Shown here one piece after another: positions 46,811-56,294 of a DNA stretch of 64,000 nucleotides (its first letter is position 1; each line of letters begins with the position of its first letter). The translations under genes and the position numbers were made by a program. The notes under the pieces were generated by a model. That model did no database searches. It was not told where the DNA came from and saw only the letters and a list, made by a program, of their open reading frames with translations. This DNA comes from an uncultured bacterium (GTDB lineage Bacteria > Patescibacteriota > Doudnabacteria > UBA920). The stretch spans positions 98,915 to 162,914 of the forward strand of contig CAVVMJ010000005.1 of NCBI GenBank assembly GCA_963749445.1. The letters run 5' to 3'.

Positions 46811-49800
46811 TTGACTTTTGTTAATAATTCGGGCGGCAGCACCAGCACTTTGAAAGTGGGAGACAGTTGGACCATAACCGTTACCGGTCCCAACGGTCCG
46901 GTTTATTCCAGCGACAAAAACGGCAACAACCGCACTTTGATGGGTACTATTACAAACGGGGTTCTTCAGTTGTCCGGGACTGTGACTAGCAACGAGACAG
47001 GTCCCTGGAACGAGGTCTGGACTTACGGCGGCACCGCTAACTCAAACGCAAGCCAATCGGGCGGCTCAATTTCAGTTCCGGTCAGCAATTCCACCGTTAT
47101 TAGCGGCGCAACAGGTTACCGGTCAGCCCATAAATCTTACTTTTACCAACAACACGAGCGGCGACACCAGCGATTTAAAAGTCGGAGACAACTGGACCAT
47201 AACCATTACCGGTCCCGACGGTCCGGTTTATGCCAGCGAGCCGGATGGCAGCGACCGCACCTTGATGGGCTACATCAAGGCGGCAGTTCTCAATTGAACG
47301 GAACCATTACCAGCGACCAGGATGGTCCATGGAATGAGCTTTGGACCTTATGGCGGCACCACTAACTCAAATGCGGTCGGAACAATAGGAACCTTACAAT
47401 TCGGCGTTGCCGGTTCGGCCAGTTTGAACTTTACCAATGCCGGCGGCGGAACCAACGCCTTGGGCTTAGGCAACAGCTGGGTTATTGATATCAAAAATTC
47501 CGCTCCCAATGCTCCGGTCTACGGCGTGAACGCCGGCGGCGTGAGCTATCTTGGAATGACCGACGATCAGGGCAATTTCCACTTGGTGGGCCCCAGTTTG
47601 ACCCAAGCGGGCGATTGGCAAGTAAATATTGAAGTCGGCCAATCCGGCGATAGGCAAAGCGCAGGCTTACAACCGAATACTGTGGTCCATAATGTGGACA
47701 CCACTAAATTGACCCAAGTCGGCGATACTTTAAAGTTCAATGTTGCCACTACCCCGGCTCTTACTTTAGCTACGTTTAACCCTACTTTAATCCCAACGAA
47801 TCTTCTTACCGTGACTTTTCCGGGCGTATCAAACGGTACCTTACAACTTACTCAAAACTACAACAATCAATACTATGCCGATGCGACGACAGCTCAAAAT
47901 TTAGCAACGTTCTACGGTGGCACAGCGGTTAAAGTGCCGTTAAATTATGGCGGCGTTACCCTAAGCCCGGATGCGGCTTTTTACTGGGAAATTCAGTTTC
48001 CCGACGGTACGCAAATGAACGCCGGACAGTTAGCCACTTATTTTATTAACAATCCCCCGGCGCAGTTCCCGGGTTTGGCTGACACTTACGTTAAAAATGC
48101 GATTGCCTCGGCCGAATACTACCACGCTAATCCCAACGCGCCGGCAGGTTCCTATCCTGTTGCCACAACGGGCGGCCCGATTATTACCAGCACTCCCGCG
48201 GTAATAAATCCCAATACGCCCGTTACTCCGGCCGGAACGCTGGCCATAATTTCTCCGGTGACTTCAGCCTTGTTGGTCGGTACCGGTTATAATCTCCAAT
48301 TTACGGCCACCGGCGGCAGCGGTTCTTATACCTGGAGCGGCAGCGGATCCGTACCCACAGGTATGATTTTTGATGCCACCGGCAAGTTTTCCGGTACGCC
48401 CAGCAAAGCCGGAACGTATACTTTTTACGTAACGGCAAAAGACACAAAAACCAATACCGCCGTGACCAGTTCCGCCATTACCGTAACGGTGCAGGCTCCG
48501 GCTACAACCACCCAGACTGTTGCTACCCCGGTGATTAACGCCAACGGCGTAACGGCCAATGTTACGGCAGGCACTTTAACCATCATGGGCAGTAATTTTA
48601 ATACCAGTTTAACCGGCAACAGCGTGCAGGTTGTCAACAGCGCGGGTGTGGTAACCACCGCCTTAACGGTTTCGGCGGTAAACGCCGGTGGCACCCAGAT
48701 TACAGCTCTGCTACCCACGGGTTTAGCGGCAGGCACTTATACCTACAACGTGCAGGTCGTTAATACCGCGGATCCGAGCTTTAAAGCTTCCAACCGCGTA
48801 TCGGTTACCTTTACGATTGCGGCCGCGCCGCAATCCGCCGCGGCTACCGGTTCCAATGCAGCTCAATCCCAATCCGCCGCGGCAGCCAGTTCCGGCTTAT
48901 TGACCACGGCCCAGTTAAGTAATTATCAGACTGCTAACTTATTGACTATAGACCAGTTAAACAATACTCAAAGCACCGGCAATTTGACTCTGGATCAGCT
49001 GCGGGCAGGCGCGTCATCCGGTGCCGCCGGCTCCGCCGCCGCAAGCACCCTGACCATGGGTGATTTGACTTCAGACGGCGGCTCCGCTAAAACCGGTGCA
49101 GCTACCAAAACCGGTTCTACCGCCAGCTCCACAGGCGGCTTGACTATTGATGATTTGACATCAGGCGGCAGTTCCGCAAATGCCGGTAAAGCCACGACAG
49201 GCACCCTTACTATGGGTGATTTATCCGATCAAACTGGTAATGTTGCCGCAGCCGCAAGCACCGGCAGCGCTGCCGCCGCGTCATCCGCCGCCACCGGTAC
49301 AACATCCGGAACTTCATCCTCCACCACCAATACCGGAGGCGGCGGTGGGGGAGGCGGCACTTCATCCGGCGGCGGCGGGATTATAGCCGGCATTACGCCG
49401 TTCTTTACCACCATCAACCCGGCCAATGGGGCAGTCGGCCAATCCTACAGCGGTTCTATTCAGGCCATCAGCAACTACACTGTGACTTTCAACCTGATTG
49501 GCGGCTCCTTGCCTCCGGGACTGTCAATGAGTTCCGGCGGGACCATCACGGGCACCCCGACTACTGCCGGCACTTATACCTTTACGGTTCAAGCCGCAAC
49601 GTCGCAAGATGTTACCGCCACCAAGCAGTTCACTCTGGTTGTCGGCGCGGCCGGCAGTTCAATCGGCGGCGGAGTGTTAAACATGCAAAGCCTGGGCTCA
49701 ATCCAACAGGTAGCCGGAGCGCAGACTTTCCAGGGACTTCAGATGCCGAGCGGTTACGCGGCTTCGGGTGATGGTTCAGCCACCGGCGGCCTGCAGTACC

Positions 49801-50033
49801 CGGGCCTGCAAATGCCCGATGACCAAACCGCCGTCCAGGACCAAACCGGCCAACAATCGGCGGGCACCTATGTCGTTAAGAAAGGCGACACCCTGTGGAA
49901 AATCGCCAAAGCCACCACCGGTGACGGCCGCAACTGGCGCAAAATCCTAGCTGTTAATCCAGACTGTTTGAGTACTCCAGGCAACACCCGAACCCTCAAA
50001 GTCGGCGCGGTGCTGGTGATTCCGAAAATCTAA
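46811..50033 (+). CDS. large surface protein with Ig-like (He_PIG/IPT-type) domains and C-terminal LysM; N-terminal repeat region carries frame disruptions (about 47100-47350)
   Basis: Track ORFs 46811..47365 and 47322..50033. Repeat copies (LTFVNNSGGSTSTLKVGDSWTITVTGPNGPVY / LTFTNNTSGDTSDLKVGDNWTITITGPDGPVY) fall in different frames. C-terminal LysM: YVVKKGDTLWKIAKATTGDGRNWRKILAVNP. Confidence 0.55.
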
Positions 50034-50084
50034 GCATTGACATAATTGATCAAAACGGCATTTATGCCGTCCCGAACGGAGTGA

Positions 50085-50128
50085 GGGATCCCTCGACTCC
50101 CCCTCGACAAGCTCGGGGTCGCTCGGGA
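50085..50128. repeat. intergenic family B element (GGGATCCCTCGACTCCCCCTCGACAAGCTCGGGGTCGCTCGGGATG)
   Basis: Same CCCTCGAC / CTCGGGG cores as the intragenic copies. Confidence 0.6.
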
Positions 50129-50216
50129 TGACAGCTATAATAATAAATTATAGTTTGTCAATTATGTCAATGATTTTATGCTATAATAATTAAACTTAAA
50201 AAGTAAACCATACGTC

Positions 50217-51080
50217 ATGATTCATCATCACGAAAGCGAAAATGCGGCCGCGGCCGGAGCCGATGCCGCCGATAACCCTCATTGCGACCGCTGCGGCAAA
50301 GATTTAAGCTTTGCGGCTTACATCATCGGCGCCAGCTTGCTGGTGAGCGCGGTACTTGTTTCCGCCACCCTGCTTTACATTTTTAAAACCGCGTCAACGC
50401 GGCTTGATTCGGTGGGATCAACCATGGAGGCAGCGGTGCAAAAAATCGCGGCCCAAACCGCCGCGGCTATCCCTTCTCAACAACAAGTACCGCAGCAGCC
50501 CTCGGCCGTCCAGCCTTCCGCCGCCCCCGCTCCGACCGGACCGGTTAAAATCACGCTAAAGCCTAACACGCCCTATTTGGGCAGCAATACTGCCAAAGTC
50601 ACGGTGGTGGAGTACGCGGATTACCAGTGCCCGTTTTGCGAGAAGTGGTATAGCTCCGTGATGCCGGACTTAAAATCCAAATATATTGATACCGGCAAAA
50701 TCAAATTCGTCTACCAGGACTTCGCGTTTTTGGGCCCGGATTCCAACACCGCGGCCGAAGCTTCTCACTGCGCGGCCGACCAGAATAAATTCTGGCAGTA
50801 TCATGATTATCTGTTCAGCCATCAGGGGCAGGAGGGCTCAGCCTGGGCCACGGGCGATCATCAAAAGCAGTTCGCCGCGGCAGTGGGGCTGAACACGACC
50901 CAATTTAATAGCTGCCTGGACAGCGGCAAATACAAACAGGAAGTTTTGGATGAAACCGCGGCCGGTAAAAGCTACGGCGTCAGCGGCACGCCGAGCGTGT
51001 TTGTCAACGGACAGATTATCGTTGGCGCCCAGCCAGCCGCCACTTTTGAGAAGGCCATAGACGCGGCGTTGAAAAAATAA
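50217..51080 (+). CDS. DsbA-family thiol:disulfide oxidoreductase with N-terminal membrane anchor
   Basis: YADYQCPFCEKWY. Confidence 0.7.
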   Translation: MIHHHESENAAAAGADAADNPHCDRCGKDLSFAAYIIGASLLVSAVLVSATLLYIFKTASTRLDSVGSTMEAAVQKIAAQTAAAIPSQQQVPQQPSAVQPSAAPAPTGPVKITLKPNTPYLGSNTAKVTVVEYADYQCPFCEKWYSSVMPDLKSKYIDTGKIKFVYQDFAFLGPDSNTAAEASHCAADQNKFWQYHDYLFSHQGQEGSAWATGDHQKQFAAAVGLNTTQFNSCLDSGKYKQEVLDETAAGKSYGVSGTPSVFVNGQIIVGAQPAATFEKAIDAALKK

Positions 51081-51175
51081 CCCTTTGATTCTTTTCGGGT
51101 TTGAAATAACCAAAAAACCACTGTGATACGGTGGTTTTTTGATTTAAACTAGATCTGTTGGGTCTGTTAACTAAA

Positions 51176-51304
51176 TCGGTTGGTGGATAAATCAAAATCG
51201 CGGGACTGGTGCATATATCTGTTGGTGGATAAATCAAAATCGCGGGACTGGTGCATATATCTGTTGGTGGATAAATCAAAATCGCCTGTAGCTACAGGCG
51301 ATTT
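51176..51304. repeat. 42-bp direct repeats x2.6 (iteron-like), ending in a hairpin
   Basis: Unit CTGTTGGTGGATAAATCAAAATCGCGGGACTGGTGCATATAT. Third copy is truncated into aaaatcgcctgtagctacaggcgatttt. Confidence 0.7.
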
Positions 51305-51469
51305 TGTGTATTTTTTCGTTACTAATTTCGTTTTTGAAATTAGTTTTATTTTTATCGCAATCGGTAAATTATGAATGCCTTATAAACACTAGCGTTCATC
51401 GATAATTTTAACGTTTAGCGAACGAATTTACCAACCAAAATGGTTAACAGTCCCGATCTGTTGCGTTTG

Positions 51470-51575
51470 CGCGTACGTACGCGTATATTAAACAAATGAT
51501 ATTTTAGCGAAAAGCTGTTTCCGGATAAATTGTAAATTTGTTGCATTTATTCGTACGTACGAATAAATGCAACAA
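51470..51575. promoter_or_regulatory. palindromes CGCGTACGTACGCG (51470-51483) and the 38-bp perfect palindrome TTGTTGCATTTATTCGTAC|GTACGAATAAATGCAACAA (51538-51575)
   Basis: Read directly. A related 20-bp palindrome ATACGCGTACGTACGCGTAT lies at 52155-52174 on the other side of gene 51593..52126. Confidence 0.5.
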
Positions 51576-51592
51576 AGCCCGCGGTAAATAAT

Positions 51593-52126
51593 TCAGCCTG
51601 ACCCGGTGAGTTTAAAGTGTTTCAACAAATCCTTGTCGTCGTCCAACTCCTCCAGCCTGCCTATGCGGATATAATCAATCAGTCCTGTACTTTTCAGGTA
51701 CGTTATCGCCTCGCGGTTCAGCGGGTAAGGGGTCAGGTAGACGCTGGCCTGGAGTTTGAAGAATTCACCGGATTTTAGCAGCCTTCTGAGTTTGTCGCGC
51801 TTGTCGTTGGCATCGCGGGGGATATCAAACATAATCATCCGCCATTTGCCGTCCCACGTTTGTTTTTTGGGCAGCCATGCTTTGGCCATAAGCAGTTCCA
51901 GCTGGCCTTTGCGGGTCAAGCGCAAAAATTTTTGTCCCGCCGCGGTTTTTGTGATGTTTACATAGCCTTTGCGGCGGAGCCTGTAGGCGGTTTGGCGGTA
52001 TTGTTCGTAAGTGCCCGGCTGGCGTTTTTGCTCCCATTGCCGTTTGGATGAAAAAATGGACGTGAAGCCGTCTACAAAGGCAAATAACAGAAAACTTTGG
52101 GGATAGTGTCTTAAACTTCGCGGCAT
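51593..52126 (-). CDS. hypothetical protein, wHTH-like N-terminal half plus Cas2/PaaX-C-like C-terminal half
   Basis: RQTAYRLRRKGYVNITKTAAGQKFLRLTRKGQLEL. C-terminal WRMIMFDIPRDANDKRDKLRRLLKSGEFFKLQASVYLTPYP fits the strand-DIP-basic helix-strand pattern of Cas2/PaaX C-domains. Confidence 0.4.
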   Translation of the reverse strand: MPRSLRHYPQSFLLFAFVDGFTSIFSSKRQWEQKRQPGTYEQYRQTAYRLRRKGYVNITKTAAGQKFLRLTRKGQLELLMAKAWLPKKQTWDGKWRMIMFDIPRDANDKRDKLRRLLKSGEFFKLQASVYLTPYPLNREAITYLKSTGLIDYIRIGRLEELDDDKDLLKHFKLTGSG

Positions 52127-52371
52127 ATTTTTTGATTTATCCTATGTGTTTAATATACGCGTACGTACGCGTATTGTCAACAGATTATGTTTGGTGGAAA
52201 GCGCGGTTTTTGATTTTTGATGTGGCAACAGTTGTTTAGTTTATGCGTACGTGCGTGTAAACGCAACAAGGGAAAGCGATTGATAAAACATTCCTGATTT
52301 TGACGGCCGTCAAAATCAGGAATGTAATAAAAATCGAGAATGAAATCGGGAAATCTTGCCTGTCGGCGGAA

Positions 52372-52941
52372 TCAGGAAAAACCGGCGGGCGGGATTTTTT
52401 TTAGCGGGAGCCGATGCCGTTTTAAAACGATTAAGCACAGCAGGAAAAGGCCGGCGAAAAAGAAGACGGCGGCAATTGAGTGGCCTGTTAAGTTTTGATC
52501 GGAAGGGGGCGGCAAAATGACAGTCAGCGGGATTTTGACTCCGGCGGCCACGGCCAGATTTTTTTTATCCAGCGGCCGCGCCAAAACATCCAGGGACGTA
52601 ACAAAAGGCGCGCCGGCCCGATTTTGGATTTCGGCGGACAGGCGTTTGGCGTCCACGCGGATGCTGACAGTTTTCCGGCCGCCCGGCCCCAAAGCAAAAT
52701 CATTCGGTTCAACGGTGATGGCGCTGGGGAAGTCTGGGGCGTAAATCTGGAAAGTTTGCGCGTCGGCTGTCGGGTTGGCCACTGTCAGCTGCCCCGTTGT
52801 CTGAGCCGGCGCCTGTAAATCCAGTTTGCTGGGGGAAACCCCGATGCCGGAAGCAAGGGCGGTTGGAGCCATAAATGGCATTAGATATATTACGATGGCG
52901 ATTAGTGTCTTTTTAATCATGTTTTTTGGCCATAATGCCAA
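52372..52941 (-). CDS. cell-surface protein with signal peptide and C-terminal TM anchor
   Basis: MIKKTLIAIVIYLMPFMAPTALA... C-terminal AAVFFFAGLFLLCLIVLKRHR. Confidence 0.4.
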   Translation of the reverse strand: MALWPKNMIKKTLIAIVIYLMPFMAPTALASGIGVSPSKLDLQAPAQTTGQLTVANPTADAQTFQIYAPDFPSAITVEPNDFALGPGGRKTVSIRVDAKRLSAEIQNRAGAPFVTSLDVLARPLDKKNLAVAAGVKIPLTVILPPPSDQNLTGHSIAAVFFFAGLFLLCLIVLKRHRLPLKKIPPAGFS

Positions 52942-53070
52942 ATATCAAATTCCAAATTTCAAATGAATGCCAAATGGCCAATTGCCAAGATCAAATTTGC
53001 CGCAGTTTTTGAAATTTGGCATTTAAGAATTGGGATTTTATTTGAAATTTGATATTTGTAATTTGAAATT

Positions 53071-54903
53071 TTACTCCGGGCTTGCCCACAGCACCAGTTG
53101 GCCGGTTTTGGGGCCGCTGGCGCCGGCAAAGCCGCTCGGGACGTTTAAGCCGGCGGTTAGCGTGGAATTTTGCTTGGCGCCGACGATGCCGCTAAAGTTT
53201 TGCCAGAACTTATTGTTGAGCGAGAGATTGTCGGTAAACAGGGGGTCGCCGGAAACCGAGGCGGACAGGCTAAGGCCGACGCTGCCGGTGTTTTGCACGG
53301 TGAGGCTTTTGCTGATTTTGGAGCCGGGGGAAACGGCGCCGAAATCCAAATTGGAAACGTCAACCGTGAACGATACGGAAAAAGACGATTGGTCGGGTGT
53401 GGAAGTGCCCGCTATAAGTCCCGAATCTTGTTGAGGAGCCGCCTGGCCGCCGCTAAAATTGGCGCTCAGGCTCACAGCGGAGGAAGCCGGCCGGCCGACT
53501 TTGAGCGCGACTTGGTTGCTGCGGATGTAGCCGGATTTTTCGGCGTAGACTTTGTAGTAACCGTCCGGGGCGGCAATAACAGCGGTGCCGGCGCTGTCGG
53601 TAGCGGCAGTCGCGTTGCCAAAGTAGACGTTGGCGCCGGACAGGGGAGATAAGGCGTTATTATTGTAGCTTTGCACCGCGGCCGTGACGCTTTGTCCGGA
53701 ATCGGCGGCGGCGGCGGACAAATCAAGTTTAAGCGGCTGCCAGTCAAAGCCGCCAAAGTAAATCAGCAAATTGTCGTTAGGCTGTACCGCAAAGTCCGCG
53801 GCGCCGACCTGCAGGGGGACGTTATTATCCAAAAAAATCCAGCCGGTATTGCCAAAAGCGGCGTCGCTGTTGATTTGGTCCAAATACGGACCGTAACCCG
53901 TTGATTTGATGTCATAAGTAAAACCGCAGCTGGCGGAAGCGTTTTTTACCACATCGATTGCGGTTATGGCTGCCACTTGCCCCGTGCAGATTGGCCCGGC
54001 GGAACCTTCTATCCTAAAGTTGACCGTAAACGTTTGGGCTGCGGAAATAATTTTAAGCGGCAAAGTTTTGCCGGACAGGGCAATTACCGCGTCGGCCGTA
54101 ACCGAAGGAGACGCGTCGGCGGTGTCCGTGGCCAGCCATTTAAAGCTGCCATCCGGATTTTGATAGGAAACTAAAAAGCTCATTGGATTGTTGCCGCCTT
54201 TTGTCCAAGTTTGCGGGTCAACGCCTAAAGCGTCTAACGCCCAGACTACCCAGGAAGTGGAAGAGGAATCCGTATTGCCGCTTGAGGGGTCATATAAGAA
54301 TCCGCCGTCTTGGCCCTGGTCTGTTTTTAAGTAAGCTAAGGCTGAGGCAATATGGCTGTCGGCAGAGGAGGCACCCGCGGCAACCAAAGCCATTATCGCG
54401 GCCGCGGTATCGTTGCTGTCGGAACCTGCCGTAACAGACCAGCCCCACCCGCCGTCGCCGTTTTGATGCGCTAGGATAAAGTTTTTGGAATCAATTATAT
54501 TTTGGTCGTTTATGGGCACTCCGGCGGAGGCCAATGCGAGGATGCCGAAAAAATCATCGTTAAGTGCGGTAATGTCGCCGAGTTGGCTTTGGTTGTGGTA
54601 ACTTTCCAGTGCCGCGACGTAATCTATGGAACCAAAAGTTTTGGGGTTCTGGTTTAAAGATGTAATGGCTAAAATCGGGGCTTCAAAATTTATTGCCGAC
54701 GAACCCGAAACGTTTTTTAAATAGTCGGCCGGTATGTTGTTTGCTCCGAGCGCCGACAGAGCCATTGTCGGCCACGGATTGTTTGAATGGGCGAGCAAAT
54801 AATTTTGAGCTGACTCCTGATTGTAATCGGCTTTGGATAAAATAGGGAAGAAGAGGTTGACGATTACAATAACAGAGAACAATAATGAGAGTTTGGGTTT
54901 CAT
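53071..54903 (-). CDS. secreted protein with prenyltransferase/squalene-oxidase-type (alpha/alpha toroid) repeats and C-terminal beta-rich domains
   Basis: Repeated HQNGDGGWGW, DQGQDGGFLY and YQNPDGSFKW. Signal peptide MKPKLSLLFSVIVIVNLFFPILSKA. Confidence 0.55.
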   Translation of the reverse strand: MKPKLSLLFSVIVIVNLFFPILSKADYNQESAQNYLLAHSNNPWPTMALSALGANNIPADYLKNVSGSSAINFEAPILAITSLNQNPKTFGSIDYVAALESYHNQSQLGDITALNDDFFGILALASAGVPINDQNIIDSKNFILAHQNGDGGWGWSVTAGSDSNDTAAAIMALVAAGASSADSHIASALAYLKTDQGQDGGFLYDPSSGNTDSSSTSWVVWALDALGVDPQTWTKGGNNPMSFLVSYQNPDGSFKWLATDTADASPSVTADAVIALSGKTLPLKIISAAQTFTVNFRIEGSAGPICTGQVAAITAIDVVKNASASCGFTYDIKSTGYGPYLDQINSDAAFGNTGWIFLDNNVPLQVGAADFAVQPNDNLLIYFGGFDWQPLKLDLSAAAADSGQSVTAAVQSYNNNALSPLSGANVYFGNATAATDSAGTAVIAAPDGYYKVYAEKSGYIRSNQVALKVGRPASSAVSLSANFSGGQAAPQQDSGLIAGTSTPDQSSFSVSFTVDVSNLDFGAVSPGSKISKSLTVQNTGSVGLSLSASVSGDPLFTDNLSLNNKFWQNFSGIVGAKQNSTLTAGLNVPSGFAGASGPKTGQLVLWASPE

Positions 54904-55945
54904 ATTTGTGGAATTAATTATTTAGACAAAAGCATCGGCTATCGTCTTCGTCACCGGCTTCGCTATGGTTTCGGCGACAAGCCGGCGGATTGTTCGCAAT
55001 AATTTTATTAGCGACGTAGAGCGAGAGAAACTAAATAGCTTGCTATTTAGTTTCCGAGCCGAGGAGCTAATATAGGTTCAATACCTGGCAGCTCTGCTGC
55101 GTATTGATAGCATCTCCTTGGAAATACCTCGGAGCTCTGTTCCGAGGAACCTTTATTACTGATAACTTGGCTACCCGTCTTCGCTTCCGACTTCGCCAAG
55201 GCTACGTCGGACAAGAAAGCTACGGCGGGTTGTTTTTCAGCAAAGCTGAAAAACAAAAAACCGCTCAACAAGCAGGCGGTAAATAATTATAATATAGATT
55301 GTGTCTATATTAAATTCCTGCTCGGGAGTTTGTTGTTTATTTAGTAACCGGACTGACCCCGACATTTGTCGGAGATTACCGTTGCGGCACAGTGCCGGAT
55401 TTTCACCGGGCTTCCCTAAAATAAACATTTGAATTTTTAACGTAATTGGATTCTATACCGGGAGATAAAAGTTGTCAATCCCGCAAAGTCCCCGGATGGG
55501 CGCCATCCGGTGTCGTCATCCGTTGAAAGCCTTGACAGCTTGGTAATGGGCTTAAAACGGTAAAAACTTAAATAAATAACTGTGGATATTTAAGGCTTGG
55601 CCCAAACGTCTAAAATCAGGGCCTTTGACAAAATCTCTTGCAATGTGTTTTGGGTAAAATCGGTCAATTTTTGGGGTTTTTTGTTTCTCTTTCAAATATG
55701 AGGGATTTTACATATGTGTAACATTTAAGTTAAACCGACTATTAAAATAGTTTCATCAAGCCCGAAAAATGCTTGTTGCACGTTTTATGATTCATTTAAT
55801 TGAACGTTGTAAAAATGAATTAAAAATCTTGTGAACAATTTGCTCCAAAATTCAAATATTTTTCCCCTAACTAAAATTTACAAGCAAATTGTTCCATACC
55901 AAATCTTGTCAGATAAATTTTTTTGTTTAACCTGATAAAAAATTG

Positions 55946-55979
55946 AAAAGAATTTTCCTTTTAAAAGGAAAATTCTTTT
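55946..55979. promoter_or_regulatory. 34-bp perfect palindrome AAAAGAATTTTCCTTTT|AAAAGGAAAATTCTTTT in long upstream region of giant gene
   Basis: Read directly. Confidence 0.4.
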
Positions 55980-56174
55980 ATGTTGCCTGACCGCCGAAAA
56001 TCCGGCTTTTTTTTCGGCCTTTTTTGCCGAATATTTCATTTCTTTCGCTCCAAAAGATGAAACCGAGTTATTGGACCCAATAGCATTTGATTTATAGAAG
56101 TTAGCACGTAAAAAAGGAAAAAAAGTTTTATCAAAACGCGGCGGGTTTTATTGACTTGGATTTACGTAAGAAGC

Positions 56175-56275
56175 TATAATTATATTAGATATCGCTTATC
56201 CGAGATTAAGCGAAAACGGCCAGAAATAAAAGCAAAAGGTTTAACCAAAAAAAAGCGTTCTCGGTTATCCGAGAT
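56175..56275 (+). promoter_or_regulatory. TATAAT (56175-56180) followed by two direct TTATCCGAGAT repeats (56197-56207, 56265-56275) before ATG 56295
   Basis: Read directly. Confidence 0.35.
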
Positions 56276-56294
56276 GCAAATAAAATTCTAAAAA

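Noticed and set aside
51180-51374. 64-aa ORF MVDKSKSRDWCIYLL...
   Set aside because: Artefactual translation of the 42-bp iteron array (peptide repeats exactly with the DNA repeat)
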